Shown one piece after another: positions 12,686-25,137 of a stretch of DNA of 64,000 nucleotides (the first letter of the stretch is position 1; each line of letters starts with the position of its first letter). The notes beneath the pieces were generated by a model. The model saw only the letters and a list, made by a program, of their open reading frames with translations. It made no database searches and was not told the DNA's origin. The stretch is from Octopus sinensis (Eukaryota): positions 3,162,001-3,226,000 of the forward strand of contig NC_042998.1 in NCBI RefSeq assembly GCF_006345805.1, written 5' to 3'. Position numbers and translations under genes: made by a program.

Positions 12686-13165
12686 TTACATATAAATTGT
12701 TAATTCCACGATTGTTTTTTCTTCTTTGTTGTTGCTTAAGTAAAATATATTTAGCGTATGTTATTTGTATTTTATTCAGTTGTCAATGTTAAATTTTAGC
12801 AGCAATTTCTTTTTCAAAAATATGATATTATTCAACAAGCAAGAATGTGTTATCATCGTATCTTTTAACAACAAAAACAACAGATTTATTATGAAAAAGA
12901 ACAATAATGCTTTAACTCTTTTCTAGTGGGTGTTGGCGTTGATGACTGCTCATCTACGAATTTGGAATTGTACTCCTCCCATTCTTTCCGACATGGAATG
13001 TCCATTAAATTTTTGGCTGGCTTGCATGCAGGAAAAGGAAAAAAAAATGATTTAGTTATATTAAATTTTGTTTAGATTTTCAACACTTTATATGTTTAAT
13101 TTGAAACGTATGGAACAATGCATGCATGCGTGTATGTATGTATGTATTATGTATGTCTGTATGTA

Positions 13166-13196
<31 letters not shown>

Positions 13197-14039
13197 ATGC
13201 ATGTATGTACGTACGTTTGTATCTATCATTTAAAAAATTCTTTAAATGTTTTATACACACAAGGAGTTGGTTTCTGAGAAAAGAAAACATAGAAACAATG
13301 CTCAATCATTGGAAGTTATACAACAACAACAACAATACGTTGCAACTTGAATTTCAGAAATATTTTGTTTGAAATTCAGAAATGTTTCTCTTCCAGATAG
13401 TATTACCTCGACACAAATTACAGATTCTTTTCCGTTGTGGAAACACGGCAGGTTTTTCCCCTAAGGTTTTGTAATATAGCGAAGCAAACATATATTTTCA
13501 CTTTATGAAAACTAACCATAACATTTTACTTCGTTTTTGTATTTGGTTTTTTAAGATTATTAATGTGAATTCGTGTGTTGAAATAATTTTTGTCTTGTCT
13601 TGGGGGAGTCATTACGCCAATAACAACAAATGCACATGTTCGAAGCTTTCTTCCCAATCACTTGGGCGGATGCCTTCTAGTATAGCCTCGATCGACCAAA
13701 GCTTTGTGAGTGGATTCAGTAGACAGAAACTGAAAGAAGCCCGTCGAATTTTTTAATTAAGTGTTATTGCAATTTATTCAGTATTATCGCGGTTTGATAA
13801 CGCATGGAGTACATATACAAGTTAGATATTTATACAGATTTTTCCCTTACTGAAGTATGTATACATTTTTTGGGTGGAGTCTGTATATATATATATATAT
13901 ATGTCCGAATCCGAAACTCGGAGTTTTATCATGGCTACCGAATAATTGTCACATATGACATTTACAGATAAATTCCTTTATTTACATAATATCGAGGTCT
14001 CTTCCTTTCTGTTGTTGTCTTACCATTTCTAACAATATA

Positions 14040-14075
<36 letters not shown>

Positions 14076-14647
14076 TGTGTGTATGTGTGTGTGTGTGTAT
14101 GTTTGAGTGTGTATGTATGTATGTGTGTGTGTGTACGTGTATCTTTGTGTCTGTGCTTTTGTCCCCCACCACCGTTTGACAACTGGTTTTAGTGTGTTTA
14201 AATCCCCGTAACCTCGAGGTTCGGCCGAAGACCGATAAATAGTACTAGGTTTAAAAACAAAGTCCTGGGGTCAATTTGCTCGACTAAAACTCTTCAAGGC
14301 GATGCCTCAGTCAAATCACTGAAACAAGAGATAAAAGATGACTAACTAATCGATCGTTTGTTTAAACAATCGAGTGGTTGTTTGTTAGTCAAAGTTCTTT
14401 TATTACCATTCGAGACAATTCAGTGGCGCAGAAAGACTTTTAATTGAAAACATAATTTTGTACCTTTAATTTCATTTTCACGTAGATATATATTTGAAAT
14501 ATTTATCTATTATGTGAAAAATAAAGGATGTCTTCTTCAATTCTGTATTCTTAAAAATTTAGCACACTTAAACCTTTTCTTATCTTTTCCTCGGCGAGCT
14601 GGTGAAATCGTTAGCACGCTGGACAAAATGCTTAGCGACATTTCTTC

Positions 14648-14718
<71 letters not shown>

Positions 14719-15072
14719 GTATATGTATATATATGTATATGTATATATATGTATGTATATATATGTATATGTATATATATATATATGTATATATATATAT
14801 GTATATATATATATGATATATATATATATATACAGAAGAAATGTCGCTAAGCATTTTGTAACCACGTGTTTGCCTACAAACCCGTAAGTACGTTTTCATT
14901 TAACTACAAATTGTTATATACACCTGTTTTCTTTTAATATCCTCAAACAACCAAATAATCAAAAACTCACACCCTTAAGAGAGAACATTTATATATATAT
15001 ACACTTTAACTCCCAAGAAAGAATATATATATTTTCAAAAATCAAAAGGAAACAAACAAAAGAAAAAAAAAC

Positions 15073-16294
15073 ATGACTAACTTGCAGGCCTGCAACAGAC
15101 GAAATTGGTCTGATAACGAAATTGATGTTTTAATAAACACATGGCTCTCTCTTCCCAACAGAAAATCCAAATGTCTGTGTTTGAATGAGATTGCCGAAAA
15201 AAAACATCACAAGTGGTCAACACACGATCCGTCAAACAGATTCGTAGCAAGTTGAAACATATCGAAGTATCTTTCAAACTGATAAGAGGCCATTATGAAA
15301 AGCTTCTACATATTTTCACAGTTCAAGAACAACAACAGCTAGAAAATCAGCAGCCACAAACAACAACAACAGAATGAGCCACTCCTGGTTCCCAACACAA
15401 TGGCTGACCCTGACATCGGTCAGGCACAACAACAACAACAACAGCCACAGCAACAAGAACAACAACAGCCATCCTCAACTCTAGCTTACTAGACGATTCA
15501 CTAAATGCCAGTATCTTTCACCGCTCTCACAGCAACCACCACAATTATCATCATCATCATCACCACCGCTGCCACCATCGTCTTCTATCACCAAAAATAC
15601 CAACAGAAACCAAATAAGAAACCACTGCCCTCTTCCCCACATCACCACCTCAATACTACTGCAGTAACAAAAACTTAAAGAAACATAGGAAACAGAATGC
15701 GCCCCCACGGCACAAACAAGAAATCCCCAAATATGCCGCTATTCACTGCGCCAGAGACTCTGCACACAAATAGTGACTGCATCTTCACGCATCTACCCGG
15801 CACTAGACGCACTACTGGCCAAGGCCAAAGCACGCATCCCACAATAACATCAACACCACCAAATAGTAAATCGAAATTCAAAAACACACACAACTCGGAG
15901 TCCCAAAATCTGCCGGTATTCCCAACGTGAGAGAAACATGTCTACTGGTGACTGTCCTTCACTCATCTTCCAGGGACCCGACGCACAAACAGAAACGGGG
16001 CCTCAAGCCAACACACAAACCTGAATAACAATAAAAATAGAAACACACCATGCTGCAGTAATGCTGGTCCAGTCTTTTCAGGAAGACACAAAAACAACAA
16101 CAACAAAAGTGGAAACTACAACCCTATCCACAGTTGCAACCACACCTCCAGCCAAAAACTGCTCCCTAAGCAGGAAAATTTTTTTAGCCATGTTGAACAT
16201 GGCAAAAGAGATACACAAAAACATTCTAGCCATCACTCAACACCATCCTATGCTATTACCCCAGTGCACCAATTCCCCACATTGCTGCCACTAA
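15073..16294 (+). CDS. LINE ORF1 region (frameshifted): trihelix/Myb-like N-terminus, Gln-rich tract, two CCCH zinc fingers
   Basis: NWSDNEIDVLINTW...IRSKLKHIEVSF; fingers at 15734-15792 and 15911-15966, both read intact in the minus copy. Confidence 0.6.
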
Positions 16295-19286
16295 CACACA
16301 CAAAAAATCCAAGCCCCCTGCAACAGTCAAAACCAGCCACTACACTAACCTCCACATTCCTACTCAATGCACAAGGTGTCAGCCTTCCATCAATGCACAA
16401 AAATGGAAGGTCCATTCATGGAAGACTGGGTTGGTAACCATTCACACCACATCCCTTTCATCTCACTGAGACCCACCTTGACAACTCCCACTTGGAAGCC
16501 GAAGTGAGAGTGAAGAATTTCACAACCATCCGCGCGGATCGTATTATCGGCAGGAGGAAGGGTGGAACTGCCATTTTTCCTGCATGATTCATTACGGCAG
16601 ATGGAAATAGTATATTCTCAACGGCTACTGTGAATCAGTCACTGTGCACAACAAAGCCAATGATCTGACAGTAATTGGGCTCTATAGGCCGCCCCAAACA
16701 CCCCTACTGTGCTTTAAAGAATGCCTCAACAGATTAAGTGCTTTATTCAACAGTGCCATTCTAGCAACATACTCATGATGGGAGACTTCAATCTACCCTG
16801 TGTTGACTGGACTACAAACTGTTGAAACCAAGCACTCCCGCCTCAACCGCTGACAAAGAAGCAGCAGAGTCACTTTTCGACTTTACGAATGAGTTTTCTT
16901 GTCCCAACTTGTCCTTGCACCAACAAGACATCAGAACATTTTGGACCTAGTGTTTAGTAACCACACTAACACTATACATAACGTTACAGTGGAAAAAACC
17001 CTTCTTTCAGACCATGACATGGTTCTCTGTAACATGAAATTCCACCAGCCGAAAGCTAATCTAGTGACCTTCCTCCAGCCCACCCATTTGACAACATGGA
17101 TCTCCATAAAGCCAACTGGGATGCAATCAGGAACGAGCTATCAAATGTTGACTGGTCCTTTACACATACACACATCTCCACAACCATAAAACATCTTGGC
17201 AGATCTTTGTAGACACCGTCACAGACATGTGCAAAACACTCCCCACCAAGACCTGTGAACAAAAAGTGCAGATCCCCCAAAACAGAAAAACCATTATCAG
17301 AAAAATAAAAAGACCAAACAAAAAAATTAACAAACTAAAGTACTGCCAACAGCAACACACACATTCAACGGCTATCGCACTGCTTGAATCCAAAAAAATA
17401 TAACCTCAACAAGCATGAAAGTCCCTCATCAATAACCAAAGATCAGCTGAGGAGAAGTGGGCCATTGAAAAAATCAAACTCAACCCCAAAGTGTTCTTTT
17501 CATTGCGAGGAAACGCAGGGTCACTGTCTCCACTGTAGGCCCTCTAATTGACGAAACTGGCACTCTCCAAGATAATGCCAAATCCATGGCCGAGATACTG
17601 CAGAAACAATACTGCTCTGTTTTCAGCAATCCTGATATGACCGATCTGGGCTGTATCAGTGATGTCAACCCCCAACACACTATATCGGACATAACGTTTA
17701 GTGCCCCTGATGTCTTAGCGGCGATAAACGAAATAAAACACAATCAGCAGTAGGCCCCGATAGGTTCCCTGCTTGTGTCCTGAAGGTGTGTCGACACCAA
17801 CTTGCATCTCCCCTTGCTAATCTGTGGAGAAACTCACATGGATGCTGGCTATATTCCAAAAAACTTCTGTCCCAGTCTGTTGTCCCAGTTTTCAAAAAGG
17901 GGAAACAAGTCCCTTGCAGTGAATTACCGTCCGATCTCACTCACCTCTCATATCATCAAGGTATTTGAGAGGGTGGTGAGATCTCAAATAACCCAATTTC
18001 TGGAAAGCAACAGGACGGCTGATCTCCAACCAACATGGGTTCCGTAATGGAAGGGACTGCCTAACGCAGCTCCTGCATCACTTTGAGGACATTTTGAGAG
18101 CTTTGGGAGAGGGCTCCAACACCGATGTCATCTACCTTGATTCAGTAAGGCCTTCGACAGGGTCGATCACAAGATCCTATTGAAAAAAACTATCCAACAT
18201 TGGTTGTCTCTGGAAAGTTACTGAAATGGATTAAGTGTTTCCTGACAGACAGATCTCAACATGTTGTAGTGAAGGGGTAAAATCAAGCCCAGCCAAACAA
18301 AGTCAGTAGTGGCGTTCCGCAAGGACTGTGCTGGGCCCACTTCTTTTCATCATTTACATTAATGACATTAATGACATCATCAAGCACAGCAACATAAAAA
18401 TCTTTGCAGATGACTCCAAGCTACAGAAGGTCATAAATGAGGCGAGTGACCGGACTGCCTTCAGTCAGATCTACTGGCTGTTATCCAATGGGCAGAAAAA
18501 AACAATATGCTGCTGAACGAGGATAAATTTGAGCTAATCCACTTTGGAAAAGAGGATGCCCTGAAACTCCCATACTCCCTTCCTTCAGGTGAAACTCTCG
18601 CGGCGTCCAACAACATCAGAGACTGGGAGAGTAATTGTGGACAAAAACGTAAGCTGGGCCACTCATATAAACACCAAAGTTGACATGGCCCGCAGAATGT
18701 GTTCCTGGATTCTCAGAACTTTCCAGTCGAGAGATATCCACACCATTATCCTTCTCTTCTCCACTTTTGCCCGACCCCACCTTGAATACTGTTGTCCACT
18801 GTGGTCTCCCACACAATACAAGGTATCATAAAGTCGAAGCACCTCAAAGGGGCAATCACAAAAAAGATAGATGGCATGACAGGCCTCGACTATGGGGTCG
18901 ACTAGAAAAGCTAAAACTCTATTCTCTCCAACGTCGTCGTGAGCGCTACATCATCTGCATGATGTGGAAAATATTCCATCAGCATTGCCCAAATGATGTT
19001 GGCATCACTTTAAGGTACATCCAAGGCTTGGGCCCGTGCCATCCGCCCAAAACAAAAATCGCACTCTCATCTCATAACAACAATACGGCACAATTATTTC
19101 ACCTCAATTGGCCCGCTCTCTTTAACATTACACCAAAACACATTAAAACAAAGAAACTGACCCTATAGGGTTCAAGAAGTCTTTGGACAGATTCCTTCAA
19201 GAAATCCCGGATAAACCCCCTACACCGGATATGTCTCTGTAAACAATAACTCTCTACTTGAGTGGGCCATAGTGCCCAAATTCTGA
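16264..19286 (+). CDS. LINE ORF2, AP endonuclease + reverse transcriptase (about 1000 codons, many 1-bp frameshifts)
   Basis: ORF fragments 16899, 17802, 18328, 18589 and 18680 carry consecutive APE/RT blocks; stop TGA at 19284-19286 after SLLEWAIVPKF. Confidence 0.85.
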
Positions 19287-19366
19287 CTTGAAAGATTCAC
19301 CAGGTGGTGCTATAAGTTAGACATGGCCTGGGCCAATAATGGCCGAAACCTATCAAAGTATCAAAG

Positions 19367-19474
19367 TATATATATGTATATATATATATGTTATATATAT
19401 ATATGTATATATATATATGTATATATTATATATGTATTATATATATGTATATATATATAGTATATATATATATG

Positions 19475-19505
<31 letters not shown>

Positions 19506-19556
19506 GTATATATATATGTATATATATATATGTATATATATATGTATATATATATG

Positions 19557-19588
<32 letters not shown>

Positions 19589-19717
19589 TATATGTAATAT
19601 ATATATATATATGTATAATATATATATATGATATATATATATGTATATATATATATATATGTATATATAATATATGATATGTATATATATATATATGTAT
19701 ATATATATATGTATATG

Positions 19718-19748
<31 letters not shown>

Positions 19749-20230
19749 TATATATATATGTAATATATATATGTTAGATATATATATATGTATATATATA
19801 TGTATATGTATATTATATATGTATATAATTATGTTATATATATATGTATATGTATATATATATGTATATGTATATATATATATATGTATATATATGTATA
19901 TGTATATATATATTATGTATATATGTATATGTATATATATATATGTATATATATATATATGTATATGTATATATATGTATATGTATATATATGTATATGT
20001 ATATATATGTATATGTATATATATATGTATATGTATATTGTATATGTATATATATGTATATGTATATATATGTATATGTATATATGTATATGTATATGTA
20101 TGTATATGTATATGTATATATATGTATATGTATATATATGTATGTATATGTATATATATGTATATATATGTATGTATATGTATATATATGTATATATGTA
20201 TGTATATGTATATGTATGTATATGTATATG

Positions 20231-20263
<33 letters not shown>

Positions 20264-20450
20264 GTATATATATATATGTATGTATATGTATATATATATA
20301 TGTATGTATATGTATATATATATATGTATGTATATGTATATATATATATGTATGTATATGTATATATATATATGTATGTATATGTATATATATATATGTA
20401 TGTATATGTATATATATATGTATGTATATGTATATGTATATGTATGTATG

Positions 20451-20486
<36 letters not shown>
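19367..20486. repeat. 1.1-kb (TA)n/(TATG)n/(TG)n compound microsatellite
   Basis: Direct reading. Confidence 0.95.
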
Positions 20487-20487
<1 letters not shown>

Positions 20488-20505
20488 TACGTTGATTTAT
20501 AAAAA

Positions 20506-20579
20506 TGTGAGAGATTGAAGATGGAATTCACGACACTCCGAATAAAAAGTCTCGTGAATTCCATTTTCTATCTCTCACA
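20506..20579. repeat. 74-bp palindromic mini-element
   Basis: TGTGAGAGATTGAAGATGGAATTCACGA ... TCGTGAATTCCATTTTCTATCTCTCACA; about 28-bp arms with 2 mismatches. Confidence 0.85.
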
Positions 20580-21499
20580 CATACTTAAAAATATATACTC
20601 TACGGACATAAGGGAATTCCTGAAGTAAAACTAGTGGCAAATGCCTCCATATTGTTGTTGACATAAGGTAGCCCAATGCAGCGGACGGGCTTTAAAAAGT
20701 ATCCTACAGGGTGTATATATTATACCCGATGCCATTACGTTCATATATATATACATATCTGTGTGTGTTTGTGTATGTATGCATATATAACAATTTAATA
20801 TGAAAATGTATTACTCAATAGCATATATTTATTTATATATACATATATAGGGATATACACACACGCGTGCATGTATGTGTATACGTAAGCATGTTTGTGA
20901 GACTGTGTCACTTTTTAATCGCTTAGTCACAGGAAGGCAAGTACTAAGTGACCTTTTCCGGGGCTTCCGAGACAAGTGGGAAGAAGCACATCGGGATCAC
21001 ACACGAAACCTCATAGTTACAAAGCAAACTTCTCAACCATACTGCTATTACTAAAATGTGCGTGATGTAGGGTCGTACGTACATGTGTGTGTGTGTGTAT
21101 GTATGTGTGGAGTGGTTGTATTATTTTTCTATATATGTGCGTAGATTTCGTATGTGTTGTATCGTTTTTATCTATGAGTGTGTTTCGGTAAAAGCTACTT
21201 AGATGTGTTACAGCCCCCCCCCCTTTTTCTATTTCACTTTTCACTGTATTTCATCAGTTTTCAGTGTTTCCTTTGATCAGCAATAATTGTGTGGTGGTGA
21301 TATAATTAGATGCATTCATATACATTTGTAGATTCAAGCATTGCTGTGTGGTAAGGAGTTTGGCTCTCAACCACTTGGTTTAGGGTTCAGTCCCACTGCG
21401 TGACACCTTTGGCAAGTGTCTTCTGCTATAGCCTCGGGCCCCCTACCAAACCTTTTGCTTCACGGAAACTGAAAAGAAGCCCGTCATATATCATATATC

Positions 21500-21558
<59 letters not shown>

Positions 21559-21592
21559 ATATATATGTATGTATATATATATGTATGTATAT

Positions 21593-21627
<35 letters not shown>

Positions 21628-21682
21628 ATATATATGTATGTATAATATATATGTATGTATATAGATATATATATATCTATAT

Positions 21683-21716
<34 letters not shown>

Positions 21717-22029
21717 CATATATATAAATATAATTATATATAATATATATACATATATAATATATATATATATATATTATATATATATAATCTATATATA
21801 TTATATAAATATATATATATATACATATATATATATAGATATAATACATATATTATATATAGATATATATATATATATATATACAATATATATATATATA
21901 TATATATAATATATATATATAGATATATATATAGTTAATCCAAACATTAAGAAAGAGAAACACAGCAGCGCGAGGGAGTGGAACAAGTCTAGTGTTATTG
22001 GACGCTCAGGAAAAGGAAAGAAAGAAGGA

Positions 22030-22066
22030 GGATTTAACGTTTCGAGCCGAGCTCTTCGTCAGAACC
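22030..22066 (-). ncRNA. Minimal hammerhead ribozyme motif in a Penelope-type terminal-repeat fragment (about 21945-22130)
   Basis: Minus strand: GGTT-CTGACGA-A-GAGC-TCG-GCTC-GAAA-CGTT-AAATCC; core intact, palindromic AACGTT in helix III. Confidence 0.7.
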
Positions 22067-22950
22067 ATAGAAATAGGAAAGGTCAAAGGAAGGGAAGACG
22101 GAGAAAGAAAATCGCCATAATTTAACGTGTTTTTATATATATATAATATATATAAATACTTCTTTTTGTATCTGGTTTGCAAGATATTTATGTGAGTTCG
22201 TGTGTTGATAGAAATTTTGTTGTGTCTGGGGAGAGTCATACTGTCTTAATATCTAACATACAAAGGCCCATATATATATGTATATGTGTATGCGTGTAAA
22301 AATATTTGTCTTTATGTCAAGTAATATATATATATATATATATATAAACAATTTAATATTAAACTGAAGTAGTACCGAATGCTTTTTAGTGGAGTACAAA
22401 TTTATCAACTATTAAAAGAAAAGTTTGACAGTGACTTCGAAGTTCCGGCAGAAATTTCGAAGTCACTGCCACCCTCTTTCTATTTGTGCGTGGGTGTGTT
22501 TATGCATATATTTGCGCGTACGTATGTATGATTATGTGAAAATTGATGCTGTGTATAATCATACATATATATACATACAGACTTGTACAAAATATATATA
22601 CATAACCACACAACACACACACACACACGCACTTATTCCAGTATTGTAATTACTTATAATAAACTGACAGATAATATTAAACGAATAGAGTCAGAGATGA
22701 ATTGATTTTGATACCATACAAACACACACACATTCATGGACGCAAACACACACACACACATTTATGGGCACAAACACACACACACACACAAGTTGTATAG
22801 TCGTGTACGGACTGGTGATGGGCTACAGTGTATCTGCATGGGTATACTTCTCTGATCCCTAAAGCTTGTTGCTATCTATCTGTCTATACATACGTACATA
22901 TATATATATATGCATACATACATATATATATATATATATGCATACATACA

Positions 22951-22984
<34 letters not shown>

Positions 22985-23055
22985 CATACATACATACATA
23001 TATATGCATACATACATATATATATATATGCATACATACATATATATATATATGC

Positions 23056-23087
<32 letters not shown>

Positions 23088-23928
23088 GCACACATATATA
23101 TATGCATACATATATACACCCTAGACGCACTTATATTTGTGTATAAGTGGAAACGTTTGATGTATATGTTGGATCATGTGACCCTTGAAGGAAATTTGCC
23201 CGTTGTGTGATTGGTTCGTTTGATTTGTTATCTAAGTGACTATATTTAGCATCATTGTAGGGTTTTCAGTTTCGGTCTCCTCAGAGAGTTTGCAACACTA
23301 ACCGTATGTCTACGCCTTCTAAAGTACGTGTGTGTTTGTATAGCTGTACTCATGTATGAATGCATTTGTGTTTCTCTTTTCTAGTGTTATATTTATGTTT
23401 TAAAGTCTGTGAGTGTGTGTGTGTGTGTGTGTATGTGTGTGTGTGTGTGTTTGCTTGTGTCCCGGATGTGACTGTTTTTGTCCTCCCCGCGCTCACAATT
23501 CAGATCTTTGATCTATGTGTGTGGCTAAACTTCCATATTTCAGCGCGTCAGCTTCGCCTTGTTAACATTTGATTCAGGAAAAAAAACAGTCTTTCAATTT
23601 TGCTTTCAACATTTAATAGCTGTTAATGAAATACGCAACACTTAACCAGTCTCAAAGATAAGTATAACATATACGTAAAGATTTATGCACATCATATGTG
23701 TGTGTATATATACATACAGATATGAGTTGGACCTGTGTGTATGCATATATGAACATACATGCACACACACAAATGAGTACTCGTACTTGTTTACAATTGT
23801 TTGTCTATGTATATATGTGTGTGTGTACCCAGCATGGCCGCAGTTAAGTGAATGAAAGCAGTAACAGAAAAAGCAAAGTATCATCTCTATCTCTCTTATA
23901 TATATATGCATGATATATGCTATATATA

Positions 23929-23992
<64 letters not shown>

Positions 23993-24112
23993 TGTATATG
24001 TGTGTGTATATGTATATGTGTGTGTATAGTATAGGGTGTATATGTATATGTGTGTGTATATGATATTATATGGTGTGTATATGTATATGTGTGGTGTATG
24101 TATATCTGTGTG

Positions 24113-24154
<42 letters not shown>

Positions 24155-24473
24155 ATGATATGTGGGTGTTGTAAATGTAATGTGTGTGGTGTGTGTATAT
24201 ATATGTAATATATGTGTATATGTGTGTGTGTATATATATATATGTATATATATATATGTATATGTGTGTGTGTATATATGTATATGTGTGTGTGTGTATA
24301 TATATATATGTGTGTGTGTGTATATATATGTGTGTATATATATACACACACATAAATCAAATGGTATACAACTGCTAACTTACTGGTAGAAGCACCACAT
24401 TCACATTTAGTCTTTGTTGGGTATTTGATTAACGAGAGAGAGGAAGATGGAAGATACGAGAATGTTTATTGAT

Positions 24474-24520
24474 CACTACAATTGTTTCAAACCATTTAAT
24501 ATCGATCTCTCCTAGGTGGG
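24474..24520 (-). ncRNA. Degenerate hammerhead motif
   Basis: Minus: CCCAC-CTAGGA(core missing a G)-GAGATCG...-GAAACAATTGTA-GTG; palindromic ACAATTGT, helix I CAC/GTG. Confidence 0.45.
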
Positions 24521-24751
24521 ACACTGAACAACTGGTTTAGGAGTATCCGTCGGTGTAGACGTGTCTTTTCAGTTGATTATAAGATGTATCTCGTTAAAAT
24601 AACGTCTCTTCTGCAAGATTTCTTCAAGCTCTGTGGACTCAAAAGCAGAAAATTAAGGGATAGAGCTTTATTATTATAGGAGATCAATAGAAATCAGATG
24701 CGAAAATAAAAAAAACAAAAACTAATGCGTAATAAAGCCCCAAAAAGTATG

Positions 24752-24963
24752 TTTTACTCTAGGCACAAAACCCGAAATTTTTGAGGGAGGGGCCAGTCGA
24801 TTAGATCGAACCCAGTACTCAACTGGTACTTAATTTATCGACCCCGAAAGAATGAAAGGAAAAGTCGACCCCGGCGGAATTTGAACTCAGAACATAAAGA
24901 CAGACGAAATCCTGCGAAGCATTTCGCGCAGCGTGCTAACGTTTCTGCCATCTCACCGCCTTA
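24752..24963 (-). mobile_element. tRNA-head SINE, family B
   Basis: Reverse complement of GGCGGCGAGCTGGCAGAA...GAGTTCAAATTCCGCCG family. Confidence 0.8.
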
Positions 24964-25001
24964 CCGAAAAAAAGTATTAAGTGTATCTGTTAGTAGCTTT
25001 T

Positions 25002-25137
25002 AGTCAGGACCTGCCTCCCTAGGATTATTGACTGTTCAGATCCATGACTCAATTTTTGCGTTCAACGTGGGGTCAATGGTCTAGCAGAAAAGTGGCTTCA
25101 AACAGTGCAACACGATAGTCCATATTTTGAATGCTAA
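25002..25137 (+). mobile_element. Mariner transposase C-terminal remnant
   Basis: SQDLPP*DY*LFRSMTQFLR then QRGVNGLAEKWLQTVQHDSPYFEC*, resembling the YSPDLAPSDY...LFRSM and terminal W...G.YFE motifs. Confidence 0.65.

Larger units (their letters stand above)
14860..19366 (+). mobile_element. Near full-length CR1-like LINE (ORF1 + APE-RT ORF2), copy 1; 5' end approximate
   Basis: APE motifs LLNAQG and LTETHL; RT motifs (Y)LD.SKAFDRVDH, GVPQG.VLGP and FADD (18403-18414); 3' stem-loop and (TATCAAAG)2 tail; colinear with the inverted copy at 60100-64000. Confidence 0.95.

Noticed and set aside
19325-19352. CTG-GGCC-AATAAT-GGCC-GAAAC at the LINE 3' end as a hammerhead
   Set aside because: Core lacks ANGA in both copies; better explained as the CR1/L2-type 3' stem-loop.
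19339-20518. Long ORFs of YI/CV/HT repeats here and throughout the track
   Set aside because: Translations of (TA)n/(TG)n/(CA)n microsatellites, open in several frames and on both strands.
23262-23288. Minus CTGAGGAGACCGAAAC
   Set aside because: Helix II reduced to 1 bp and no helix I or NUH site; insufficient support.
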